56,412 nucleotides of DNA. Origin: an uncultured Candidatus Bathyarchaeia archaeon. GTDB taxonomy: Archaea; Thermoproteota; Bathyarchaeia; TCS64. The stretch spans positions 1-56,412 of the forward strand of contig CAZEMD010000001.1 of NCBI GenBank assembly GCA_964513225.1. Reading direction: 5' to 3'. Under the pieces are notes generated by a model that worked only from the letters and a program-made list of their open reading frames with translations, was not told where the DNA came from and did not search any database. How positions within the stretch are numbered: the first letter of the stretch is position 1; each line of letters begins with the position of its first letter. This document shows, piece after piece, positions 9,693-18,534 of the stretch. A program made the translations under genes and the position numbers.

Positions 9693-10757
9693 CTATTGCT
9701 CGATTACGACCTTGATGGAGTTGGTCTTCTTCTTGTCTGCGGCGGTCTCGAAGGCCTCGTTGATCTTCTCCAACGGGAACTTGTGGGTGATCATCTCCGT
9801 CGCATGAAGCTTACCGGCGATCAACAGATCGGTAACGATCTTGAACTCGGGGTCGTTCTCCCAGTGGTAGAAGCCCGAAACCGGCACCACGTCGATCTCG
9901 CCCCATTGAAGCTTGCGCCAGTCAACCTTTAGCTCCATGTCGGGTCTAAGCGCCCCTATGAGGGCTACCTGGCCCTTCCTCCGCACCATCTCGACGGCTT
10001 GTGGAAGCACCGCCGAGGAGGCCCTGCCGCCTACGCACTCGAACACCTTGTCCGCGCCCATCCCGTCGGTGAGCTCCATGACTCTCTTCACGGGATCGAC
10101 CTTGGTGGAGTTGATCGTCTCGTACGCGCCTATGGTCTTCTCCGCGAACTCCAGAGGGTTGTCTATGACGTCGATTATTATCCCGTTTGCTCCGGCTATG
10201 TTCACCAGGTCCAGTAGGCTGAGCCCGATGGGACCGGCGCCGATGATTACGACGGTCTGGCCCATGTGTGTGTTCGTCCTGTTGATGGCGTGTACGCTTG
10301 TGCCGTAGACGTCCATGATGGCGGCCTCGCCGTATCCGACGTGGTCGGGTATCTTGTACACGTGGTCCGCGGGACCGACGATGTACTCTGAGAAGCCCTG
10401 CGCAAACGTCTCACCCCTGATCTTGAAGCAATCTGGACATAGGTGGTACTGTCCGACTCTGCACCAGTAACACTTCCCGCAACCGATAACGGAGTCTACG
10501 CCCACCCTGTCGCCGACTTTCACGTTCGTCACGTCTTCACCGACGGCGACGATGTCGCCGGCTACCTCGTGGCCAGACATTCTTCCCACAGCCGCTGGGT
10601 TCGGTACTTTCCATGAGTGGAGGTCGCTTCCACAGACCCCGGAGCCCCGTACTTTGACGAGGACGTAGTCGGGCCGTGTGATCTCCGGCATTGGCACTTC
10701 TTTTATCTCGAAGGTTCCTTCAGCGGTTTTAACCGCTGCTTTCCTTGTTTTTGACAA
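9693..10757 (-). CDS. Zn-dependent alcohol/polyol dehydrogenase, paralog 1 of an inverted pair
   Basis: GVCGSDLHSW, GHEVAGDIVAVG, CGKCYWCRVGQYHLC and GAGPIG motifs. It has an apparent TTG start and is near-identical to the 22935-24005 product. Confidence 0.85.
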   Translation of the reverse strand: MSKTRKAAVKTAEGTFEIKEVPMPEITRPDYVLVKVRGSGVCGSDLHSWKVPNPAAVGRMSGHEVAGDIVAVGEDVTNVKVGDRVGVDSVIGCGKCYWCRVGQYHLCPDCFKIRGETFAQGFSEYIVGPADHVYKIPDHVGYGEAAIMDVYGTSVHAINRTNTHMGQTVVIIGAGPIGLSLLDLVNIAGANGIIIDVIDNPLEFAEKTIGAYETINSTKVDPVKRVMELTDGMGADKVFECVGGRASSAVLPQAVEMVRRKGQVALIGALRPDMELKVDWRKLQWGEIDVVPVSGFYHWENDPEFKIVTDLLIAGKLHATEMITHKFPLEKINEAFETAADKKKTNSIKVVIEQ

Positions 10758-10788
10758 ATTTTGTTCGACTACTATAACCCTCTTATGT

Positions 10789-10800
10789 ATATATCTTTAA
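10789..10800 (-). promoter_or_regulatory. candidate TATA box of ADH paralog 1
   Basis: ttaaagatatat on the minus strand lies about 35-40 nt upstream of the start. The same box is conserved upstream of paralog 2. Confidence 0.3.
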
Positions 10801-10955
10801 TGTTATAATCATTTAATAGAGAAAAAACGTTCTTTATTTTTGAAGGTTAATCGTTGTAATCAATAAAAGAAGTAAAATATCAAGAAAAAGAAAAAAACAC
10901 ACATTGTAGGGAAAGTTTATAACATCTTCACGGCGTATGGGTTTGATCCAAGGAA

Positions 10956-11951
10956 ATGAATTTGATGAAAGAAGCGCTTCTCTACGAGAAGAACGACGTG
11001 CGAATCATCGACGTCCCCATCCCAACCATAGGGCCAACGGATATACTGCTGAAGATCAAGGCAGCCAAGATATGTCCCACAGACGTCAGGAAATACAATC
11101 TTGGCTCTAATGATGCGAGGATAAGGTCTCTGCCGATGAACCTGTGCCATGAATACGCCGGAGAGATCGTTGACGTGGGCGAAGAAGTCAAGCATCTCAA
11201 GAAGGGTATGCGGGTGACGGGGTACGGCATGAGAGGCAACGCCGAGTACGTGAAGCTAGACGCAGACAGCTCAAACCCCAACTTAAGGGGCAGGATCCTA
11301 GAGCTTCCTCCAAACGTCTCCTACGAGGAGGGGGCCTTCACCACTCCGTTGTCTGAGTGCATCCACTGCGTCGTTGACCAGGTCGATGTAAGGTTCGGGG
11401 AGACCCTCGTCGTCGTCGGCGCAGGCCACATGGGCATAATGCAGACGAACATAGCCCACTGGTGTGGGGCCACCGTCATCGCGGTTGACCTCAACGACGA
11501 GAGACTGAAGATCGCCAAGGAGTTCGGCGCGGACTATACCATCAACGCGTCGAAGGAAGACGTCGTCGAGAGAGTCAAGGAGCTGACCGACGGCAAGATG
11601 GCTAACTGTTCAATCGCGGGTATCGGGAGTCCCCCAGTCATACAGTCGGCCATCGACGTCACGGGGCACCACGGCCGAATCGTTCTGTGGGGCGGCGCAC
11701 CAACCGGCACGATCATGCAGTTCGACCCCAACGACATCCACTACGCCGAGAAATATCTGATCGGCGTCGAGGGTATAGGCGTGGGGTCTAAGAGACATCC
11801 AGAGAGGAGGGCTCAGGCTGTCCAACACATAGCGAGCGGCAAGATCGATGTGAAGAAACTCATAACCAGGGTCATGCCCATGACGGACATCGTGGAAGCC
11901 TACGAGATGATAAAGAAAGGCGAAGCCATCACCATCGTCATCACCCCTTAA
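10956..11951 (+). CDS. Zn-dependent alcohol/polyol dehydrogenase (MDR superfamily)
   Basis: CPTDVRKY, CHEYAGEIVDVG and GAGHMG Rossmann loop. It is divergent from ADH paralog 1. Confidence 0.82.
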   Translation: MNLMKEALLYEKNDVRIIDVPIPTIGPTDILLKIKAAKICPTDVRKYNLGSNDARIRSLPMNLCHEYAGEIVDVGEEVKHLKKGMRVTGYGMRGNAEYVKLDADSSNPNLRGRILELPPNVSYEEGAFTTPLSECIHCVVDQVDVRFGETLVVVGAGHMGIMQTNIAHWCGATVIAVDLNDERLKIAKEFGADYTINASKEDVVERVKELTDGKMANCSIAGIGSPPVIQSAIDVTGHHGRIVLWGGAPTGTIMQFDPNDIHYAEKYLIGVEGIGVGSKRHPERRAQAVQHIASGKIDVKKLITRVMPMTDIVEAYEMIKKGEAITIVITP

Positions 11952-12080
11952 CCCCGTACTTTTAATTAAACCATTTTTATTTCTCTTGTTAAACGAAACC
12001 AGTGTAAAACGCATCGTTTGGCGCAGCTATAAAGCTAAATACGGACTCCCCGGTAAGTAATAAAAGTCATAATCCAGGGT

Positions 12081-13592
12081 TTGAGGTGTAAAAAACTGAG
12101 TCGTAAGTACTTCCTTGCATGTGACATAGGCACATCCGTCACGAAGAGCGTCCTTTATGACGATGATTTTAAGGCAGTGGCCGGCGCCAGCGAAGAGAAC
12201 GCCGCTTTTCACACAAAGGCGTGCTGGTTAGAAGAAGACCCCAATGAATGGTGGGCCAGCGTGAAAAGAGAAATCGACAAGGTCACCGAGGGGATCGACC
12301 CCAAGGACATCGTCGGTATAGCCACGTGTGCGCAGATGCACGCCCCCATCCTCGTCGACAGGGACGGCAACGCCCTCTACAGGTGCCTGAGCTGGCCCGA
12401 CAGCAGAACCATAAAACTAGTCGAAGAGGTGGCGGAGGGCTCAGGTGTCCCTCAGCCTTACTTCACCTCGACCGCCCCGAAGATCCTCTGGATAAAGAGA
12501 CATTACCCGGAGATACTCGAGAAGACGCACAAGGTGCTGCTGCCCAAGGACTATATCCGCATGAAGCTCAGCGGCACCTTCTGCACCGACCAGAACGACG
12601 CCGGGGGAACGGCGATGTACGACCGGGAGAACGATGCCTGGAACTGGAAGATAGTTGACTACATCGGCCTAGACCATGACAAGCTTCCAGAGGTCTACCC
12701 TTCAGGCGAGGTCGTGGGCGCCGTGACGGAGAAGGCGGCGAAGGAGACCGGGCTCGCGGCCGGCATACCCGTCATCGCGGGCACCGGAGACTTCGGGATA
12801 GGGAGAAGGGTCGAGCGCTCGGGGCTTGAACCGGGGAACATCCTCCTATACCTGGGCACGGGGCCCGGGGTCACGTGGGTGTCCCCCAACGAATCCCATG
12901 GCCGCAGAAACAGAAACAGCAGCTGCATCCTGGGCGTCGCCGGGACCATGCCACAGTGGTTCAAGAACACATTCTGCCAGGAAGACGTGGCCCAGGCCAA
13001 GGAGCAGGGGGTGAACATCTTCGATTATCTGGACTCGAAGGCGGAGAACATCGAACCCGGAGTGGATGGATTGATAGTTCTCCCCCACCTCATGGGCGAG
13101 CGGTCCTACGCGGGTAGGACCATCGGCGAGGAGGGGAGGCTGAACCCGTTCGCCCGCGGCGTGTTCCACGGCCTGTGCATGGGGCACACGCGGTACCACA
13201 TGTTCCGGGCCATACGCGAGGGGATCACCTACCATCTGAGGCTGTGCTGGGAACACATCCAGGAAGCGAACCCGGGCTGCTCCTCGAACCTGATAGTGGC
13301 CACGGGCGGGGGGTCGAACAGCAGGCTCTGGCGGCGGATAATCGCGGACGTCTTCAACCTGCCGGTGTATCGCCTCAAGGAGCTGGAGACGAGCACCCTC
13401 GGGCTGGCGTGCCTCACGTCTGTCAGCATAGGCATGCACGGGAGCTTCGAGGAAGCCGCATCCAAGGTCGAGAACCCCATGATCGACTTGATCCAGCCCA
13501 ACCCAGACAACGCCGCACGGTACACGGAGATGTACCTAAGGTACAAGCGGCTAGAGACAAGCCTCGAACCTTTCTTCCAATCACCTAAATAA
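12081..13592 (+). CDS. FGGY-family carbohydrate kinase (xylulokinase/LsrK-like)
   Basis: N-terminal ACDIGTSVTKSVLYD, a GTGDFG motif and a C-terminal ATGGGSNSRLWRRIIADV motif, with length 503 aa. It has an apparent TTG start. Confidence 0.85.
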   Translation: MRCKKLSRKYFLACDIGTSVTKSVLYDDDFKAVAGASEENAAFHTKACWLEEDPNEWWASVKREIDKVTEGIDPKDIVGIATCAQMHAPILVDRDGNALYRCLSWPDSRTIKLVEEVAEGSGVPQPYFTSTAPKILWIKRHYPEILEKTHKVLLPKDYIRMKLSGTFCTDQNDAGGTAMYDRENDAWNWKIVDYIGLDHDKLPEVYPSGEVVGAVTEKAAKETGLAAGIPVIAGTGDFGIGRRVERSGLEPGNILLYLGTGPGVTWVSPNESHGRRNRNSSCILGVAGTMPQWFKNTFCQEDVAQAKEQGVNIFDYLDSKAENIEPGVDGLIVLPHLMGERSYAGRTIGEEGRLNPFARGVFHGLCMGHTRYHMFRAIREGITYHLRLCWEHIQEANPGCSSNLIVATGGGSNSRLWRRIIADVFNLPVYRLKELETSTLGLACLTSVSIGMHGSFEEAASKVENPMIDLIQPNPDNAARYTEMYLRYKRLETSLEPFFQSPK

Positions 13593-13643
13593 TCTATTAG
13601 TCGCTGAAACTAGGTTTATTAAAAGAAAAAAATTTTTATGAAA

Positions 13644-14390
13644 TTACTTGAGGAGCTTGTAGGCTTCGTCCACCGAAGCCCCTTCGTGCACGATCTTGCA
13701 GAAGGCCTGTGTGATGGCTTTCGGGTCCTTGTGCTGGAAGACGTTCCTGCCCATGCAGGTGCCTGCTCCTCCGGCGTCGATGGCCCCTTTCACTACTTCG
13801 AGCACGTCGCAGTCGCTGTCCATCTTGGCTCCCCCCAGAATGACTATGGGGATTGGACACGTTTCGACCACCTTCTTGAAGGACTCGACGCTTCCGGTGT
13901 AGGCCGTCTTTATGAAGTCTCCTCCGTTTTCCTGTCCCAGCCGTGCCGCGTTTCTGACCTGATCGTAGATTGTGCTGCGGTTCTCGTCCTGGGGTACGAC
14001 CTCAGGCATGAACACTATGCCGTAGTCCTCACAGGCGGCGGCGATGGGTTGAACCATCTCTAGGTTTGGTGACCTCAATCCACCGAAGTGGGTGTACTTC
14101 AGGCCGTCGGCTCCAGCCTTGGCAGCCTCCCTGACGAACTCCACGCGCTGCGGAGACGGGATACCCACGATGTACCCTAGGTCCCTCGGCAGATCTTTCG
14201 CGTGGGTCAGCATGTTACCATAACTCAAGAGGATAGCGTCGGCGCCACCTTCGGCTACCTTGTTCACGGTAGCGACGTAGTCCTCTAATCCTGGGGCTAC
14301 ACCCCTCGTGCTGTGGTCCATGGCTACGATGACGGCTTTCCCATCTTTCCGGAAGATGTGGTTCCATCTAATCTCTTTTCCTGCGTTCAT
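13644..14390 (-). CDS. class I aldolase of the DhnA/FbaB/LsrF family
   Basis: GKAVIVAMDH, GADAILL, GGDFIKTAYTG (Schiff-base Lys context) and GRNVFQH motifs, with length 248 aa. Confidence 0.8.
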   Translation of the reverse strand: MNAGKEIRWNHIFRKDGKAVIVAMDHSTRGVAPGLEDYVATVNKVAEGGADAILLSYGNMLTHAKDLPRDLGYIVGIPSPQRVEFVREAAKAGADGLKYTHFGGLRSPNLEMVQPIAAACEDYGIVFMPEVVPQDENRSTIYDQVRNAARLGQENGGDFIKTAYTGSVESFKKVVETCPIPIVILGGAKMDSDCDVLEVVKGAIDAGGAGTCMGRNVFQHKDPKAITQAFCKIVHEGASVDEAYKLLK

Positions 14391-14553
14391 TTAATATTTC
14401 ATCCCGGAGGGGATACAAGAAGGAAGAAATCAAATAAACCTTGTGGTAGGCGTGTTCTGGATTGATTTATCCGTGCAATCACCATTTTTTACCTGCATTA
14501 TAAGGCAAATGTAACATTTTTAACAGAAATATCTGAAAGAGAAAAAGAGCAGA

Positions 14554-15417
14554 TCATGTGGCCTGAAGAGTTTGAAGTACTCCCTCTAGCTCCGTATGAG
14601 AGACGACTCTCGACAAGGGACTCATCGTAAACACGAACTCCCTGACACCGCGTCTAGCCAGCTGGGTCATCGTTTTCCTGTCCGGGTCAGCCAGCTTATA
14701 GACGGTGTTTCCGTGTAGGTACATGCCTATGTCCAGCAACTCGTTGTCCATGGAGTATGCCTTGGTGTAGCACGGCCTGGAACAATGGTCGAGGTCCTCC
14801 TCGCCCAGGAAACGCGCCGTATGGCATTTACGTGTTATCGCCACGGGAACCGAGTACAGGTGAACAGATACCTGGAGGTTTCTCTGGGTGAGGGGTCTGA
14901 GGTTGTTGAATATCTCGGGTATCCAGTCCATGTCGGCGCCGACGACCCCGAGGCCCTTGAAGAACTCCAGCGTCGGCTCATAGTTCAGGCTGGTCTGGTA
15001 GAATATCCGTTTTACTTTTCGCTTCGCGAAATAGCTCACCGGGTGCTCGGTTATCTCCTTCCAGGGGCACCTCGAAGGCGTGTAAACCAGCTGTCTGCCG
15101 AGATGAGGCGTGAGAGAGGGATACTCCCTCAGGACGCTCAAGGTTCCCAGGTCGTTCACCACGACGGTGGCGCCTCCCAGGTCGTCCAGTAGGCTCAGGT
15201 GCTCCCGTATCTTGTCCATGTAGCCGTCGGCGAGCCGGGGGGTCACGTAGGCGAAGTCCTTGCCCGCGTCTCTTGTGCTTGTGTACGCCGTCTCCAGGGC
15301 AGATGCGCTTGGGAGGGCGTACATGCAGAACTCCGAGCCGAAACGCATCTTCTTGCTATCGGAGGCGAGGGCCTCCCTCAGCAACGGAAGGTTCCCGGTC
15401 TGGATGGCTACGTTCAT
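14554..15417 (-). CDS. peptidase-U32-family protein, small UbiV-like subunit (pair A)
   Basis: The true start is MNVAIQTGN at 15417, a 1-nt overlap with the upstream stop. The tracked ORF extension to 15843 is an out-of-frame Arg-rich artefact. The Cys pattern is FGSEFC ... CHTARFLGEEDLDHCSRPC. It is a paralog of 17665-18534. Confidence 0.75.
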   Translation of the reverse strand: MNVAIQTGNLPLLREALASDSKKMRFGSEFCMYALPSASALETAYTSTRDAGKDFAYVTPRLADGYMDKIREHLSLLDDLGGATVVVNDLGTLSVLREYPSLTPHLGRQLVYTPSRCPWKEITEHPVSYFAKRKVKRIFYQTSLNYEPTLEFFKGLGVVGADMDWIPEIFNNLRPLTQRNLQVSVHLYSVPVAITRKCHTARFLGEEDLDHCSRPCYTKAYSMDNELLDIGMYLHGNTVYKLADPDRKTMTQLARRGVREFVFTMSPLSRVVSHTELEGVLQTLQAT

Positions 15418-16487
15418 CACATGTTCACCCAGCTGAAGTGCTGCTTGGTCCACGTCTGCCACGTTAATGGTTTCTTGTACGGCGCCTGCGCGATGGGGCT
15501 GTAGTAGCATCTGTTCTGGTAGCACCATATGTCTTTCAGCTTGTAGAAGTCCGACGGTACGGGGAGGAAGTATATACCGTTCTTCAACTCCTCCAGCTGA
15601 TCCCTGTACTCGTCGATGCTTCCGGAGGCGATCAGGTCCAGTAGCTCGCGGTAGACCCTGGTGGTGGCTTCCTGGTACCAGACGCTCCCCGTCCGTCCTT
15701 CTATCTTTACACCCGCTACGCCAGTATCGATGATCTCGAGTAGGTTGCACACGGAGCAGTACTCGAAGGCGTCCATCACGGGTATATCTTCGCTGACGTC
15801 TTGAGGGTCGTTTAGGTTCTGTAGGCGGAAGGGCAGCGCGCATGGGGTGGAGGTGTTGGAGGCGCGCTGTGCTTCTATGAGTTCAGGGAACTGGTGATGG
15901 TAGAGGTAACAGCTCGCGTTTATGTTCGAGCAGCCGCCGCCGTGTATCAATATCTCTATATCCATCTCTGTGCTTCCCACTATGCGTTTTATCTCGTCGA
16001 AGGTGAGATGCCTCTCAAGGACGGCTCTGCTGTATCCCTGCTCCTCCAGGAACCTCACCGCCTCGCTGTTCATGGAGACGAGATAGGTGCTGGCGATGAG
16101 GGGGACCTCCACGTTCAATTTTCTTATGTTGTGGAGGATGCCGAAATCTCCGACGATCAAGGCATCGACGCCCTGGTCTACGCAGCTGCGAACGTGGTTT
16201 CTTATGTGTTTCTCGGTCTCATGCACCATGTACGGGTGGTTTAACACCAGGTCTACCTTGGCGCCGTGGTCGTGGGCGTATTTCACCACCAGGCCCAGTT
16301 CCTCGTAGCTCGGTATTTGAGAAGACGGGCCCCTGTAGAGGACGAAGTCCTTTATGTCGGGTATCTGAACGGCGCAGTAGACCTCGTCGGCTCCCGCGTC
16401 CACCACCTTGACTCCGCCTTCGTAGGAGTTTATGGGCGCCATGATGTTTGGTATGCTCTTGTTTTCCTCGGAGTTAGGTGGACTCAT
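15417..16487 (-). CDS. peptidase-U32-family protein, large UbiU-like subunit (pair A)
   Basis: U32 N-terminus MAPINSYEGGVKVVDAGADEVYC and VKYAHDHGAKVDLVLN. The Cys cluster is GGCSNINASC ... PCALP ... YCSVC. It is a paralog of 16598-17668. Confidence 0.8.
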   Translation of the reverse strand: MSPPNSEENKSIPNIMAPINSYEGGVKVVDAGADEVYCAVQIPDIKDFVLYRGPSSQIPSYEELGLVVKYAHDHGAKVDLVLNHPYMVHETEKHIRNHVRSCVDQGVDALIVGDFGILHNIRKLNVEVPLIASTYLVSMNSEAVRFLEEQGYSRAVLERHLTFDEIKRIVGSTEMDIEILIHGGGCSNINASCYLYHHQFPELIEAQRASNTSTPCALPFRLQNLNDPQDVSEDIPVMDAFEYCSVCNLLEIIDTGVAGVKIEGRTGSVWYQEATTRVYRELLDLIASGSIDEYRDQLEELKNGIYFLPVPSDFYKLKDIWCYQNRCYYSPIAQAPYKKPLTWQTWTKQHFSWVNM

Positions 16488-16554
16488 TTCAAATTAGAGG
16501 GTTATCCTTCTAATATAAATCTGAGCAATCACGTCAGCCAGGCCGTTTAACTGA

Positions 16555-16568
16555 AGGTATATACCTTA
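16555..16568. promoter_or_regulatory. perfect 14-nt palindrome AAGGTATATACCTT in the divergent U32 promoter region
   Basis: The palindrome was read directly. It is centred about 36 nt upstream of the ATG at 16598. A second TATA-like box, taatataaat at 16513-16522, faces the minus-strand gene. Confidence 0.35.
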
Positions 16569-16597
16569 AATCCAATCAACTACCTAAGGAACTTATC

Positions 16598-17668
16598 ATG
16601 GACGCCGTCGATGAGACCGTTGTACCCAAGATACTGGCCCCCATAAAGGCTTACACCGGGGCAGTAAGAGTCGTGGACGCTGGCGCGGACGAGATATACT
16701 GCGGCGTCAGGACTCCCGGCCTGGAAGACTTCGAGCTCTACCGCGGCGCATCCACCGAGATACCCACGTACGACGAGTTCCATAAGGTAACGGAGTACGC
16801 GCACAGCCACGGCGTCGAGGTGTTGGTGACCATCAACCAGCCCTTCATTTTAGACTCCATGGAGAAAACGATGGTTAAACACATCCGGGAATGCGTGGAG
16901 GCCGGGGTGGACAGCTTCATCATCGGCGACTTGGGGATGCTTCAGCTGGTGAAAGAGGTCACTGAGGACGTGGGGCTCTGCGCAAGCACGTACCTTTCCG
17001 CGACCAACCGGGAGGCGGCCAGGTTCTTGGAACGCGCCGGCTTTTCCCGCGTCGTCCTCGAGAGGCAAGTGCCCCTCGAACAGATCGCCGAGATAGCGAG
17101 GGACGTTGACGTCGAGGTGGAGGCGTTCGTTCACGGCTCAGGGTGCTCCAACATAAACGTCAACTGCTATTTCTATCACTACAAGTTCCCAGCCATGGAC
17201 CAGGCGTACCTCGGCGTAGACGGGATCAAGTTCCCGTGTTCTCTCCCGTACGAGGTCTATGACGGGGAGGATGAAGGGGTCTATCTTGGCACCTACCCCA
17301 TACTGGATGCCTACACCTTCTGTTCACTCTGCAAGCTCCCAGCCCTCATCCAATCAGGAGTATACGGCTTGAAGATAGAAGGTAGAGGCATAAACGAGGA
17401 GTACCAGGCATCGACCACCAGGCTATACAGAGAAGCCCTCGACCTGCTACGACAAGACGATGAAGAGGGGTTCCAGCGGATGCTTGAAACCATCAAGGAG
17501 TCATTCGTCCCGTTGCCCCAGACCCTTCCCATGAACAACCTCCAGGAACTCTGCTGTGAACAGGGAAGATGCTACTACGCGCCAAAGTTCCATGCCCCCT
17601 ACAAGGAGAAACTGGCCTGGCAGGCGTGGACCAAGCTCCAATGTAAACTCCTAGTGGTCCAGCCATGA
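16598..17668 (+). CDS. peptidase-U32-family protein, large UbiU-like subunit (pair B)
   Basis: LAPIKAYTGAVRVVDAGADEIYC and TEYAHSHGVEVLVTIN. The Cys cluster is GSGCSNINVNC ... PCSLP ... FCSLC. Confidence 0.8.
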   Translation: MDAVDETVVPKILAPIKAYTGAVRVVDAGADEIYCGVRTPGLEDFELYRGASTEIPTYDEFHKVTEYAHSHGVEVLVTINQPFILDSMEKTMVKHIRECVEAGVDSFIIGDLGMLQLVKEVTEDVGLCASTYLSATNREAARFLERAGFSRVVLERQVPLEQIAEIARDVDVEVEAFVHGSGCSNINVNCYFYHYKFPAMDQAYLGVDGIKFPCSLPYEVYDGEDEGVYLGTYPILDAYTFCSLCKLPALIQSGVYGLKIEGRGINEEYQASTTRLYREALDLLRQDDEEGFQRMLETIKESFVPLPQTLPMNNLQELCCEQGRCYYAPKFHAPYKEKLAWQAWTKLQCKLLVVQP

Positions 17669-18534
17669 AATACACAGTACACGCAGAGACGTTAACCGCG
17701 CTCAGGGAAGCCTTGGCCAGCGGGTGCACCGGCGTCCGTTTCGGCCCAGAGTTCTGCGAGTGGAAGATACCGAGTCAAGAACACCTTAGACAGGCGTACG
17801 AAGAGGCGAAGGACGCAGGGAAAGATTTCACATATGTATTGCCTATTCTCTCGAACCCGGGTATCGAGAAAATGGTTGAACAGCTCGGCTTCCTCGGAAA
17901 ACTCGGTGGCGTTGAGGTAGTGGTCGGTGATCTGGGTGCCTTGAACCTGCTACGAGGTCAGGAAGGCGTAAAGCCGCGTCTTGGCAGGCCCAGAGTCTAT
18001 ATCCCCGCCAGGAGCCCCTGGTCACAGATAACACGGATGCCGGACCCCGGCTTCTTCACCAGACGTAGGGTTGAGAAACTATTTTACCAGACCAGTCTGA
18101 ACTACGTTCGATCCCTAGAATATTTTAAGAGCCTGGGAGTCATGGGTGCGGACGTCGATTGGATTCCCAAGTGCTTCCCAAGCTATAAAAAGATAATAAG
18201 AAGCGGGTTGAAACTCGCCGTCCACTCCCACGCCATACCCGTCGCGGTGACCATGAGGTGCCACATGGCTCGTTTCCTGGGCGAGGAGGAGCCGGCGCTC
18301 TGCTCAAAACCCTGCCTCACCAAGGCCTTCATGATCAAGCAAAAAGAGTTAGAGAAGACCTTCACCCTTCATGGAAACGTCGTCTTTCGGCTCGTAGAAT
18401 CCAGTCAAAGGGAAACAAAGCAGCTCACGAGAATGGGTGTCGATGAGGTGGTTATCCCAATGGGGCCCGTGTCAAACCTGTTCACCAGAAACGATCTTGA
18501 CGAGGCTGTGGCTACTTTGTCGGGTGGGGTTTAA
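17665..18534 (+). CDS. peptidase-U32-family protein, small UbiV-like subunit (pair B)
   Basis: ATGA overlap with the upstream gene. The Cys pattern is FGPEFC ... CHMARFLGEEEPALCSKPC. It is a paralog of 14554-15417. Confidence 0.75.
   Translation: MKYTVHAETLTALREALASGCTGVRFGPEFCEWKIPSQEHLRQAYEEAKDAGKDFTYVLPILSNPGIEKMVEQLGFLGKLGGVEVVVGDLGALNLLRGQEGVKPRLGRPRVYIPARSPWSQITRMPDPGFFTRRRVEKLFYQTSLNYVRSLEYFKSLGVMGADVDWIPKCFPSYKKIIRSGLKLAVHSHAIPVAVTMRCHMARFLGEEEPALCSKPCLTKAFMIKQKELEKTFTLHGNVVFRLVESSQRETKQLTRMGVDEVVIPMGPVSNLFTRNDLDEAVATLSGGV

Larger units (their letters stand above)
9665..10800. repeat. left arm of an about 1.1 kb inverted duplication (ADH gene plus promoter and T-rich tail)
   Basis: The reverse complement aligns along its length with 22890-24040. 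The proteins are about 90 percent identical by eye. A shared acattaaagatatat box lies upstream and shared gtcgtaatcgagcaatagc plus a T-rich tail lie downstream. Confidence 0.85.

Noticed and set aside
13644-14390. The DhnA-family aldolase as ADH synthase (AroA-prime) of the alternative archaeal aromatic pathway, linked to the shikimate operon.
   Set aside because: The operon at 1-5089 carries a canonical AroB, not DHQS-II. The aldolase is 8.5 kb away, inside a kinase/dehydrogenase/U32 island. It cannot be excluded without phylogeny, but context favours a catabolic role.
15418-15843. The N-terminal 142 codons of the tracked ORF 14554-15843.
   Set aside because: This part is Arg-rich nonsense lying inside the well-supported U32 large-subunit gene in another frame. 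The paralog 17665-18534 starts at the equivalent of MNVAIQ at 15417, with a coupled stop/start overlap.
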